Positions 23,791 to 36,664 of a stretch of 64,000 bases of DNA are shown here, piece by piece (positions within the stretch are counted from its first letter, which is position 1; every line of letters begins with the position of its first letter). The stretch is from Rhynchobatus australiae (lineage: Eukaryota): the NCBI GenBank assembly GCA_034780895.1, contig JAUZTB010000098.1:84592980-84656979 (forward strand). Reading direction: 5' to 3'. Below the pieces are notes generated by a model. That model was not told the DNA's origin. It worked only from the letters and a program-made list of their open reading frames with translations, and ran no database searches. The translations under genes and the position numbers were made by a program.

Positions 23791-25107
23791 ATTCCATTCC
23801 CCTCAAACATACACCATGTGACAATCTCATACAACATTCTCTTGTCACCCTTATATTTTCAAACAATAGAATTTATACTACTGTTTGCAGTTTGCCCTGC
23901 CCTCTTACTAACTGATGGTCCAACCATTAATCAGTTCCTGAGAGATAAGATGTACAGGTTATAAATGCAGAGCTCTGCCCATGATCATTAACATCATTAG
24001 ATCATTTTTTTGTTGGAAGTTGACTCATTTCCCCTTTTACTAAACAAACATTTAACTGACAAAAAATGCCTTTAAGCCCAGTGGAGATATCAGTTATAAT
24101 TACAGTCAAACATGGATATTGTCTTCAAAGTTACTGAAAATTGTTTGAAACCATGTGACTGCTTCAAGGACAATGTTTTCTCAGTCCTTCACAATGACAT
24201 TAAAAGCTTTGCTGGCCTTTCATATGTTTTGAATGAAATCTGGAGCAAAGTTGAGTGATGCAACACACTCTTTGGAGACTGGTTTGCAGCACAGTTCCTC
24301 ACATGGTAAGTTACTGTCCCAGCACCAAGTTTAATCTGCTGACAACAATTCTTAATGTTCTATTTTACTATTAACTCTTTTCTTGCAGGCTCCTTGTTCC
24401 CCTTTCCTATCTGCCTTCCATCCTCTATATAATCCCTATCAGAAGGGCAGACAAGAAGGAATGGGTCTGAGGCTGGTTCAGTTGGAGTGAGCAGGAATGA
24501 GAGGAAAATGGAGGCAGCTGAACAAAGAATAGCAGCAAAGGCAGCAACTCCATGTGGGAGAAAGGGTGACAGCTAACAATTAGAGTTGGACCAGAAATAG
24601 TGGCAGACCAGGGGAAAGGATTAAGGTCCTTTTTGCTCAGTAAAAGTTGCACATTTCATTGGAACAACCGCTCCCATACCATCAGATTGTGGATGATTGC
24701 TCTGGTGAAAATCTGTAAACTTTACCAACAACATACTGGCTAATATAGATCTCTCTTTCTCCAGCAAAATTATGGATTTCCTAATTTTCCTTACCCTTGG
24801 CTTTTATTTCCCTTCAGTGATCCCTGGAAACATCCCTGTCAAGTTAGTTTACCTCCTTGCTTGCTGCCAATATATTTATCTAAGTGGCTTATTGGATTGC
24901 AATCAAGAATAAGAAATTAGGTTAATTTATCCATTCAATCAGGGCACTATTGTCATGTCACACAAAGCCACAAATTGATCGTAATGAACAATGAATACTT
25001 CCACTCAGTGCAATGGCTTTGTGTGCAACATAAATTAATTTTTTTCAAAATCCCAATTGGTAATTTCAGTTGGATCCTTTGTACGTATGCAGCACGCTTC
25101 CAGAAAT

Positions 25108-25562
25108 GCATGAGATTCACCAGGCTAATTCCTGGGATAAACAGGTTGTCCTATCAAGGAAGTCTAGACAGTATGGGTCTGTATTCCTTGGTGTTTACAA
25201 GAATGAGTGATGACCTTAATCAAATATATAAGATCCTAAGGGGGTAGATGTTGAGATGCTTCCACTAGTGGGAGAGTCACAAACAAAGGGGCATAATTAC
25301 GAAATAAGGGGCTGGTCATTTAAAACTGAGGTGTGTAGAAATTTCTTGGAGGGTAAGTGCATCTCTGGAATTCTCTGCCCCCGAGGATGACAGAGGCAGA
25401 TCATTGGATAGAGTTAAGGTGGAAACTGATAAATATTTGAAAGATGGGGAACTGGCCCAGAAGAGTTGAGACCGACATAGATCAATCATGATCACATTAA
25501 ATGGCAGGTCAGTCTTGAACGGCCTGGTGACCTGCTCCTGCTCCTATTTCCTTTGTTCTTGT
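25108..25562 (+). mobile_element. CR1-like LINE 3' fragment
   Basis: RFTRLIPGINRLSY...LGLYSL-like...IYKILRG in ORF 24975-25247. Tail cctgctcctgctcctatttc. Confidence 0.8.
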
Positions 25563-25882
25563 CTTATGCAGAATTCTTTTGTGCATTGGAGACCAACAAA
25601 TGGTGTGGGCTGTTCATTGAAACAGTCCCTAGCGGAGAGTTGAGGTTGTTTCAAGGTTACCAATCTTATCAGTTCTGCTACTGAGGAGTCCAAGCCATTG
25701 ATCTTCCTGGAGATAAATCTGTTTCCACCAACCCCCTCATCACCAACTACCTTCAGACCATGCTTACAGTCCAACCCTCACCTTTCCACATCATGGCTTG
25801 ACTGTTTATCTGGCCCTTTACCCCAAGCCCAATCCAAGCCAGATTCTGCTCGATCAAGTCCACAGCACCATCCATGACCTGA

Positions 25883-26380
<498 letters not shown>

Positions 26381-26689
26381 TAACACACAGAATAAGACAC
26401 TTACTTAATGCACAGTTGTACCCAGATGCTGTATCCCTTGTTTCTGCTGGTTGGTTTTCATATTTCATTTTAGGTTTTAATCTGATTTTGATCTTTGAAG
26501 TTGACACATTGTAATCTTAATCCTGTAAAGTATATCCATTTTTTTATTCAACGTATATTTTTCCTATCCTTATCTTTTAGGCTGAGCTTTCAGTCCTTTC
26601 CTTTACACTGATATTGTATTTTTCCTTTGGATTTTGGCTTGAGTTTCCAAGGTTAAAATTCTCATATTTACTTTCAGTTCCCTCCATAT

Positions 26690-26975
26690 CCCTGCCATGC
26701 CCTATCTTTATAGCCTCCTCAATTCCTTCAGCACTATGTGTTCCTGCAAATGTGGCTTCGTGTATCAAATTTTTATGAATGGTGCCTTTAGCTTCCCAAT
26801 GTAAACTGTCTCTTGCACTCTCTCCACCATAAATTGCTTCTCTCTTTCTAACTAAGCTCTCAATCACCTATCCTCATGTCTCCTTATGTGGATTGGTGTT
26901 AAATTTTGTTTGATAATGCTCCTGTGAAGCAACCTGAGCTGTTTTAAAGGTGCTCTGTAAATGTAAGTTGTTTTT
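26690..26975 (+). mobile_element. L2-like LINE 3' end
   Basis: ctccttatgtggattggtgttaaattttgtttgataatgctcctgtgaagc...aaaggtgctctgtaaatgtaagttg. The same tail occurs at 37940-38025 and in reverse at 59315-59400. Confidence 0.55.
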
Positions 26976-29900
26976 ACTGAGCCTCTGAAACAATTTCCTA
27001 TTCTATCAGTCTTTCTGGTTTTTTGGTCAGCATTATTTTGTTTCTTTTTGTAGTTCTACAATGTGGTCCTGGCATCATATTGTTGGTCAGCTGCTCTTTA
27101 GACATTGTGTGAGCTTGCACCTTAATGAGTTGTCCAATTTTGGTTACTTTATTGAGACTTTGTAAATGCTGCAGTGAGAGCCAAGGGGTCAAAGGCTAGA
27201 ATGGTGGGCACCAGTAGAAATGTTGACGCTACTGACTGCCTGGTATATAGCACAACCCTTTTATACAGTTGTTTGGAAGTCAATGGGTGGGGGGGGGGGG
27301 GGTAAGTTTAACTCCCAACAACTGAGGTCAGATGGGAAGCAACAACAGAACATGCCCCCACCTTTCTCCATCACATCCTTTTTTGGGTTTAACTTGAGCT
27401 GTGATTGGCCAGATGCCACAGTAGTATTCAGTGGAATTCTCATGATTGTTAAGGTGGCTAAGCTGACAATCAACTCATTGTTTAACATTACAGTTACATG
27501 GGAATGAAGGGATTTTCACTTGTTTTGTAGATTATTTCGAATTTGACAACCCCACTCCTGAGGTAGAGAAGGAAGCCTTAAGGAGCACGTGATCATGGCT
27601 TTGTAAATTCAAGTTTACCTAATCTCAATGAAGGTTCAATGTTTACAGCAGCTTTGTGGTGGGAAACCCCACTAGTGTGGCTTAGCATGCCACAGTGAGC
27701 ATCACAGAACCTACTGGTATTTCATTACGCTCACGGAAGAAGCAGTTCAGGTGTTCAGTAGGTCAGGATGCACTCTTAAGTACTTGCTAGCCTGGGTGTA
27801 CAGAATGATAATGCCATGCTATATTGAGCACAGCAGCGGGGAGTTGAGAGGTTTACAGGTGGGAGAGAACTATATTGCTTATCAGGTATCTTCAGAAATA
27901 ACAAAAGCATTCAATTGATTATTCTGGCTTGAACAAATATCAAATGAAAGATCTCAGTACTACCAATTACCCTCCTACACTTTGCATAAGGTGTTCATTG
28001 AACCACACATCCAGCCACCATGTATTCACCCAGTAGGTTAGTCAAGTATTGACATACACCATGAAGCAGGTTTAGCAGGCAGAATAAAATGATGCTCAGA
28101 ATGTGGAAGTAGTCCTGATCCATAAGTGTAATGAATCATAATTAAATAACAGAATTAACCATGTACCTTCCTGTGGTGAATCACTATAGCTTTAATGTGG
28201 ATTCTCTGCTGCTCCAATTTGCAGCTATAGAATGGCAGAGCTGGATTGTTCAGGTCTCTGCCTTGACTGCTGAGATGGACATGGTCTATCATTTCAGGGT
28301 TTTGGAACCTGGCAAAGCCAGTTACACCTGCTCTGGTGTCTCAGCCATAGGAAGATGAAGGAGAATAGAGAGTAATAGCTGGAGGGTGGTATTAATCCTG
28401 GGGATGCCCTCTTTCACCTTCGTCCTTTTCCTGGGTCCTGCCACTCTGTTGCTTAAGATCATAATGCCATGTGAAACCATGGATAAACAAAATTTCTATT
28501 TAAAGAGACAGACGTAATAGTACTCAAAGTTTGCTCAGCTGTGTAACTCACTTGACAGTCAAACTTGAAGCTCCAAAGAAAAAAGTGGCAGTGAAGACAC
28601 CCTTTCACTTTCCCTGCCATCTGTCCACATATTTGGAGTCAGGCTGCTCCATGCACTTTGCTTTAGTGGAGGTTTTGTGTCTTATGAATTCTTCAGTACA
28701 TCACCAAGTTGCTGATTAACCTTTGTCATTTGCTACTTTGGTGATGTTCCCTAGGGGGTCAATGTGCATATCTGCAAGATGAATGTGGCTCAGAGAATAT
28801 TGTGCCCATCATGCAGATTCTCCACAGTTATCTGTCACCTGCATCTGGGTGGTGATTTGTGAATGACCGTGTGAAAACTCAGCTACTCATCTGTTCCCAT
28901 TGAAGTATGAACACTTGTGTTGCTGCACAGTGGCACAGTCTATGATGGTCCATCCTCAGAAAGAATTAAATCCGGTGAAATGTTTCCCTGCATCTCCAGC
29001 AACAAGTCCTCCATGCATGAAATCCTGGGAAGAAAAAATTTAGGGATATAAATCGCCATATTCAATTTTCTCATTGTTCCATTGCCAAATTAAGCATGTC
29101 TGTCACCAGCTATCCATGAGCTCTCTATCTCTCCATATCCAACTAAATGGGTCACAGATGGGTATCTGTCTCCATGGTATTTTCTATATCACTGAGCTGA
29201 GCTACTTCTGCGATAATACACCAATCCTAAAGCAAAAGTTAAGAAAATACTTAGTCACCAACACTTAACATATACAGTACATTTAAGATGAGAAATAAAC
29301 ATATGGAAGGGACAAGCCACTTCATAGACACTCTGTCAATGCAAAGATCATTTGGATTGGGTATGTCTGGCTCTAAATAAGTACAAACTTAGTCCTACCA
29401 GAACTTTACATTTACTTAGAATTCCACCAGACCAAATTTTGCTTCCTCTACAATGCCACTGTACAGTATATTACTCTTGTATGTATGTGATTGCATTGTC
29501 AACAATAAATATTTTACAATCACTCCTGTTCTTATTCTTCAGGACAATTTTTTTTCAGTTTATCACAAGACAACCTTCATTGTATACTGTGTGTGTCTAA
29601 TCACAGTCAGTTGAAGGTCAATTAATTAAATGAATCACAATCAATGCCAGAAGTACCTTGAATTTTAACAAACTATGGAAATTTAGCTGCATGGATGTTT
29701 CTGATGAGTTGGGCATTCATTTATTACAATTAAACTACTATCATGACAAAGGTATTCATTAAGAAGAAGTGTTCATTAAATCAAGGCAAATTGATTTTTT
29801 TTCAAAAATGCATTCATTTTGTGTATATAATGAATTACATCTATGCATGCTATTTCAATTAAGTATTTTAAAACTTCACTAAATCATTCAGTAAATCAAA

Positions 29901-30194
29901 CTCAACTCCCTATTACTCACATTTCCATCTGTCTCCAATCTTTTTTTCATGACATAGTTTCCAAACAGTTATTAGAATGGCACTCAACATTCCAAAGTGA
30001 ATGTAATTATTGGGCATCCTTTTTAGTCAGGGACTAGGTATACAACTTCTACAAGTCCCAGCATCTTTCAGTTAATGTGTATCACTGGAAAGTTTTCTGG
30101 CAGACCAGGGTTTTCTGTTTGATTTAACAAGAATGGTCAGTCATGACCAGCCGGATGTTGTGATTAGAGTACATTTTTGCAACAGAAGTGTGTG

Positions 30195-30620
30195 CATTCC
30201 AAATAATATTCACCAAGTCCCTCTCACTCAATGCCCTTGTGCTCATTATATACTGCACATTGGCTCCCAGTTCAGCAACAACTCAGAGTTAAAATTCTCA
30301 CCATTGTTTACCTGTTGCACTATGGCTCTGTTCCTAACTCTGACAATCCATTCAGTCCTAAAAGCTTCCAAGATCCCTTCAGTTCTGGCCTCATGTGCAT
30401 CCCCAATTTCTCATTAATTCCAAAGTTGCCATCCAAACCTATAGTTGTCCGGACTGTCACTGGAATTCCTTCTGTATTCACCTTTTCTCTCTGCTCCTTT
30501 TAGATGTCCTTAAAAGCTACACCTATTGTCAAGTATGTGTTCACTTGTTCTAGTAGCTTCTTGCACCTCAGGATGTTTTACAGTATTTTGTGTGTATTGA
30601 AGGTGCATATAGCTGCTGTG
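30195..30620 (+). mobile_element. L2-like LINE 3' fragment
   Basis: ctgcacattggctcccagttcagcaa (LHWLPVQQ-like)...aaaattctc...ccttaaaagctacacct...tgaaggtgcatata. Confidence 0.55.
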
Positions 30621-31955
30621 AGTTTTATTCTGAAATAGCATAAAGCACCTTTCTTGGAATGGGATATGCATACACTGACAAAACCTCTTGGAAGTTAGTG
30701 ATAATGTACATCATTGGAGTGATTTTAATCTGCATTTACTTACCATATTTTTATTTTTGACACTATACCCAAAATACATTCATTTAATCAACACTGGTAT
30801 CCTGTAACTTAATGATCACCAGAAACCCAGCCAAAAATGGCAATGATCTCAGCCTACTTCTGTGTCTGTTACTGTTTCTAATTTTTAACAAATTTCATCA
30901 TCAAAATTCTTCCAACTTTTCACAATCCAACAATGCATTTTTTAAATAGCAGTTCGTGATTATAACTCATAAACATGTTTTGGATAAGGAAATGAATCCA
31001 CTGATCATTTTGGGATATTTCACTTCTTTCTTAATCCATCGGGAATGGAGTAAGGAAACTGAACAACTTTCAAGTATAAAACAAAAACCACAAATCACTA
31101 GTGCTGTGATTCCAAGGCTAGAAAAGAAATATGGTGCTCAGAGACACTGCATGCCTTGTTCAAGAGCCTGAGTCCAAATTGGGTCAGATCTGAGTGTTTG
31201 TAAGTCGATGTTAATAAATCTGAAACAAGATAATCAGGGTTCTGAACTCAATTACACATGGCAGTGTATTTGCCAGGTCTTTCTTCCGAAAGGGATGTTA
31301 ATGTTATTCAATTGTTGGCTGAATTGTAACAGAGGCACCATAAAAGATTTATAAGATTATCTAGGGAATGATTTAGTGTTCATATTTTTCCAAGGTCATG
31401 ATATAATGATGTAGATAAAGAGAAGCTTGGCAGAGCTCTTTCTTCTGCTGGTGTATTCCAATAAATGTATTATCTTCTCTTCATGAGAGTTAACTGGCCC
31501 TCCATTAATCTTCCTAACCAACTGCTGCATCAATAACTAGATTTGGAAGCCAAGGGTATCTGCAACCAAGATGTAGTTGAAATTAGTCTTTGCTGGAAAT
31601 GCAAAATGGGCATCAGCTGGTCAGATTTGTTTTCTATACAGTGCCTTTCCCTTGTTTCTGTTGATTGAAATGCTGAAAGAAATAATGTGTTCAACAGCCT
31701 GTTTTACGCTTTCCCAAACAATTTCACCCCCTTGCGTTGACTTCTTGTTGTGGTTTGGGAAAGAAGTTACTCAGATCTCAAGGTTAATTTTCAGTTCCTA
31801 AATTCAAATGCTTTAACGCAGAAGGCAGCCATTTGGCCCAACAAGTCTATACAGTTGTTCCACATGAGATTCGTTCCACTGCTTTCCATCCAACTCCCTA
31901 GCACATACTCCTCCCTTATCTCTCTGATTATCCAGCTACCATTATACATCTCGAT

Positions 31956-33211
31956 GAAAAACACGATGATGCTGGAGGAACTTAGCAGGCCAAGCAGCAT
32001 CTGTGGAGAAAAGCAGGCGGTCAACATTTTGGGTCAGGACCCTTTCTCAGGACTGAAAATAGGAAAAGGTAAGCCCAATATACTGTATAGGAAGGAAAAC
32101 AGAGCAGTGATAGGNNNNNNNNNNNNNNNNNNNNNNNNNNNNNNNNNNNNNNNNNNNNNNNNNNNNNNNNNNNNNNNNNNNNNNNNNNNNNNNNNNNNNN
32201 NNNNNNNNNNNNNNAAAAAGAAAAAGTGCTGACCATCCTTCTGATGGTCAGCACTTTGGAGGAGGATAGCAACAGACTTTAAGGAGATAGGGAAAGGCGA
32301 ATGAAGTGGGCAAATAGGTGGCAGATGAAGTTTAATACTATGAAATGTAAAGTGTTAAATTTTGGCAGTCTCAGAAGACGTAGAGGGTACTGTTGAGGCT
32401 TCAGGTGAACCTTTTAGACCGGTCTTTATCAAAGAATAAGGTGCACCCGGACTATTGGAAAGAAAGATCTAGTTAAGATTCTGGGTGGGCTATGAAGAGG
32501 AGGCTTTCGAATGGCTAGCTGCACGCCATGTCACTGAATGCTCAAACTTCTACGTATGAATTGTTGAAAGTGTCCTGGCTGGTTGCACCATGGTCTGGGA
32601 TGGCAATTTGAATGCGCAGGAACATAAGAAGCTGCAGAGAGTAGTGGAGTCAGCCCAAGGGGATATCCCTCCCCACCATCGGCAGTACCTACAGGACATG
32701 CTGCCTCAAGAAGGAAACATCCATCATCAAAGATCCCCACCATCTGGGCCGTGCCACAGCTCCCATAGGGCAGGAGGTACAGAAGCCTGAAGTCCCACAC
32801 CACCAGGTTCAGGGACAGCTCCTTCCCTTCAACCATTCTGTTCTTGAACCAACCTGCACAACCCAGATCACCACCTCCAGCATTGTAACACTATGACCAC
32901 TTTGCACTACAATGGACATTTTTTTTACTCCAATATGTTCTTTCTGGTAAAAATTGTATATAATTTATGTTTAATTCTTTTCTTGTGAATGTTGTGTATC
33001 TGATGCTATGTGCCTGTGATGCTGCTGCAAGTAATTTTTTCAATGTACCTGTGCGTACTTGTACTTGTGCATATGACAGTAAACTTGATTTTGACTATAC
33101 CCAGACCTGTTTTGTATGAACTTAGAAGCACTCAAGGTGGCCTGCTGAGTTCCTCCAGCATCATAGTGTTTTTCATCTAGATTCCAGCCTCTGCAGTCCT
33201 TTGTTTCTCTG
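31956..33211. mobile_element. Composite insertion bounded by inverted Penelope termini and a degenerate TSD
   Basis: Left end gaaaaacacgatgatgctggaggaacttagcaggcc; right end ggcctgctgagttcctccagcatcatagtgtttttcatctagattccagc...ttgtttctct. Flanks ttatacatctcgat (31942-31955) and ttatatatcttgat (33212-33225). A gap lies inside at 32115-32214. Confidence 0.55.
32528..33098 (+). mobile_element. Rex1/Babar-like LINE 3' fragment
   Basis: ESVLAGC-like, NAQEHKKLQRVV, atcatcaaagatccccaccatc (IIKDPHH), ttcagggacagctccttccc. Tail tgacagtaaacttgattttgact. Confidence 0.75.
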
Positions 33212-33387
33212 TTATATATCTTGATTTGTTTATGGTGGTGAGTTCCACATTTTATCTGCTTTCAATATTAGATGATCCTAATAATGCTTTAAAGCGAAAC
33301 AAATGCCATAATAATAAAAAGGTTGAAATTAATTATACATTTTACAAATTTAGTCTCTGTTTTAATGTGAAAAATGTGACAAACATT

Positions 33388-33680
33388 TTGTTCAGAGCTG
33401 TCTCCTACAACCAACATTGGAATGAATGACCAGATCAGCTGTTTCAGATGTTGGTTAAGGGATAATTCTTGGCCAGAACGTGGGTAGAACCCACCAGATG
33501 TTCTTCCAGATATACATTGTGATCCATTACATCCACTTGAAAGGGCAGATGTAGCCTTGATTTCATGTCCATCTGAAAGACAGTAGCTCCAACAGCAGTT
33601 TTGTTCCTGTATTCTGCAATGGAGTTTGAGTTTGGGTAATACATTCATGTCTCCAGAGTAAGGTTTGCAGTCACAGCTGT
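33388..33680 (-). mobile_element. DeuSINE (SacSINE1-like) fragment
   Basis: aatgaccagatc...gatgttggttaagggataattcttggccag...ttacatccacttgaaagggcaga...catctgaaagacag is the reverse of the Deu-domain text at 61965-62360. Confidence 0.6.
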
Positions 33681-34104
33681 GTGAAAATAATTGAAGTGAT
33701 TTATTTTTCTTTTGCCTTTTATTAATCTACACTTTAAAATTATGTTACTTTTGCTTCCTTTCAGTTCTTAATTAACTTATTCTATTTTGTACCTTTCTAA
33801 AATTTTAAATGCTCCTTACTTATTGTTATTCTCTGTTCTTTTGTGGCTCCACAGTCAAGTGTTAATGTAAATCACACATTGGAATAATTAGCTTTGATGA
33901 TTCTTGGTTGAATTTCCTGCTCCATCAGTGTAATCTTGGCACACTTTGCATAGGAACCAATACCTTCAATAGGTTCAGGGGAGATCTCCAGAAGGATAAC
34001 TGGAATCTGGAGCTTCAGCTATGCAGTCAGACTAGAGAAGATGGCATCGTTCTCCTCAGACAGGAGGTAGTTAATTAGAAATGAGTAGAAGAACCACAAA
34101 ACAG

Positions 34105-35092
34105 AGGTCCTTCTTTTTCAGGAAACGTGGCTTCCTTTCTGCTGTGGTTCGTGGAGCCCAATCTTGAATCTTCTCTGTTTCTTGTACTTCTGCTCTCACC
34201 CCATCTCCTCCCAGACGGAACAGAGATAAGTTCCCCTGGCTTACCTTTCACCCACTGAGCCTCCACATCCAGCACATCCTACACTCACCTGTCTATCCTT
34301 GAATTTCTCTACAGCCAGGATGAGCCCAATGCAAACTGGAGGGACAACCCCTTATATTCCGCCTGAGTTGTCTATAACCCAATGGCATGAATATTGAGTT
34401 TTCTGAGTTTAAGTAACTCCCCCTTTCTCTTTTNNNNNNNNNNNNNNNNNNNNNNNNNNNNNNNNNNNNNNNNNNNNNNNNNNNNNNNNNNNNNNNNNNN
34501 NNNNNNNNNNNNNNNNNNNNNNNNNNNNNNNNNNNNNNNNNNNNNNNNNNNNNNNNNNNNNNNNNNNNNNNNNNNNNNNNNNNNNNNNNNNNNNNNNNNN
34601 NNNNNNNNNNNNNNNNNNNNNNNNNNNNNNNNNNNNNNNNNNNNNNNNNNNNNNNNNNNNNNNNNNNNNNNNNNNNNNNNNNNNNNNNNNNNNNNNNNNN
34701 NNNNNNNNNNNNNNNTTTGACCCCCTTCCCACCTTTCCCCCCCAGCTCCCCTTCCCCCATCTTTGTCTCCTACCGCCCCCTCCCGGGTCCATCCACCCAC
34801 TTCACACACAGGTTTCTCCCTCACCCCCACCCCATCCCACCCCTGCTCACCTGCCCTACCTGGCACTACCTGCCTGTCATCTTACATCCCTTCACAGTAT
34901 CTCACACCCCTCCACAGTCCATCATTCACCTCAGAATCTTTTCTTGCCACTCTCTTTCTCCTCTCTGTGCTGGCCAGCTCGTCTCTCCACTCTCAGTCCT
35001 GATGCAGGGTTTCGACCCAAAATGTCGACAATTTCTTTCTTCTCATAGGTGCTGCCCGACCTGCTGAGTTCTCCGGCAGATTGTTTGTTGCA
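34105..35092 (+). mobile_element. Penelope-like element 3' portion (deleted ORF end plus terminal repeat), gap inside
   Basis: SFFRKRGF-like start. 34324-34416 translates AQCKLEGQPLIFRLSCL*PNGMNIEFSEFK*. C-rich 3' region, then cagtcctgatgcagggtttcgacccaaaatgtcgac...ctgctgagttctcc. Confidence 0.75.
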
Positions 35093-35104
35093 TTAAACAG
35101 AGGT

Positions 35105-35330
35105 TGCAGAGTTAAGATAATTAACAAAGGAATCAAAGGGGAGGAAACTTTTTTCTTGCATAACAAATTTATATGATCTGGAATGCACTACCTGAAAGTG
35201 TGGTGGAAGCAGAGTCAATATCTTTCAAAAGGGAATTGGATATGTCCTTGAAAAGGAAAGATTTGCACTATCAAGGGGAAACAGATGGGATTTGGAACTA
35301 GTGAAATAGCTCGTTCAAAGAGTTATATGC
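35105..35330 (+). mobile_element. CR1-like 3' fragment
   Basis: gatctggaatgcactacctgaaagtgtggtggaagcagag...ttcaaaagggaattggat. Confidence 0.6.
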
Positions 35331-36664
35331 CCCAAGGACTAACAATTGCTTAACTTATCTTTTATCAAATACCCACATCCTGAAAAAGTTTAAGAAGCTG
35401 GTGGTGTGCTACCCTCTTGATTGTTTCTTCAAGTGATGCCATTTCAAGCGTCTTCTATGCAATGTGGAACAGTAGTCATATGCAGGCCAGACGGAGTAGG
35501 TTACTGGTTTTCCTGTCCTGTAACCACCATCTTTGTGCTTACTGCTCTATACTTCATGCTATAGAATCAATCCTTCATAATGGAGATTGATAAAAACAGA
35601 TCCAATTTTTTTAATAAAACACTAGTAGTATTTCTTGAATCATTGTACAAAATGAATGTACATACTGTATTCTGTTGAACATGCTTAAAGGTCCTGATAC
35701 CTTGAGGAAGCACATCCTTTTGGAGAAGTAAAAGAGTCTTTTCATTTTGTTCTGGAAACCTAGGTTGGTAAAATTGAGTCTTTGCCTCAGGCCACTTTAG
35801 TCGCAGTACAATGAATATGACCAAATGAAAACAATTTCTCAGGTGTGTAGATCAAACAGAGTCTTCAAGGGAATACTGTCCATTTATCATCAGCGCGGTT
35901 CTTGCTGAACTGAGTTTTCATTCAGAGAAACTTGACTGAGTAAAGATATAGTGCTAATAAATCCATTGGAAGGTTTCTGTGGTTGTGGACAGATTGAAAT
36001 AGTTGACACAACTACTATTGTGGAGCTTTAGTAGCTAAAACTAACAGGAATGACATTGGGCTCCCTCAATGTCACTAACAGAAAGGCAACAGCACAAGTG
36101 CCTCTCCAAACTGAGGAGTCATAACAGACATAATTAAATGTCACATGTGATTAAACATAATTTAATCATACTCTGGATTCAATAAGATCTGTCACTGATT
36201 TTATTGTTATTTTGGGCTGATGTTGAATGCATAATTTTTCAGGAAAAAATCATGATTTTTGCAGTTGTACAAACATTGAAAAGAAACATTGCAAATACTT
36301 TGTGATGTTTAAAGTTTTCACCAGCTGAATTTACCCAGCTTTTTTGAATTCACTTTTAGAACATTTCAATTTCAGTTTTAAGACATAGGACTATTTCAGG
36401 AGCGTCATCAGAATGTGGTTTTCTTGAATCTAGTTATAATGTCTCAGTCACAATGAAAACATGTTGAAGTGATACTGAAATGTAATCCTAACATTTAATG
36501 TCAGAAGCAGAGGGAAAATTAATGTCCATGTCAATGGAAAAAATAATTAGGGAGGCTAAGGCTAGAGATTAGAACAAGCAGTAAAAATCCAAGTCTAAGT
36601 TGTATACTAATGTTTTATCCACCTCATAGATCATTAGATAGCCTACACTTATCTATGCACTTAA

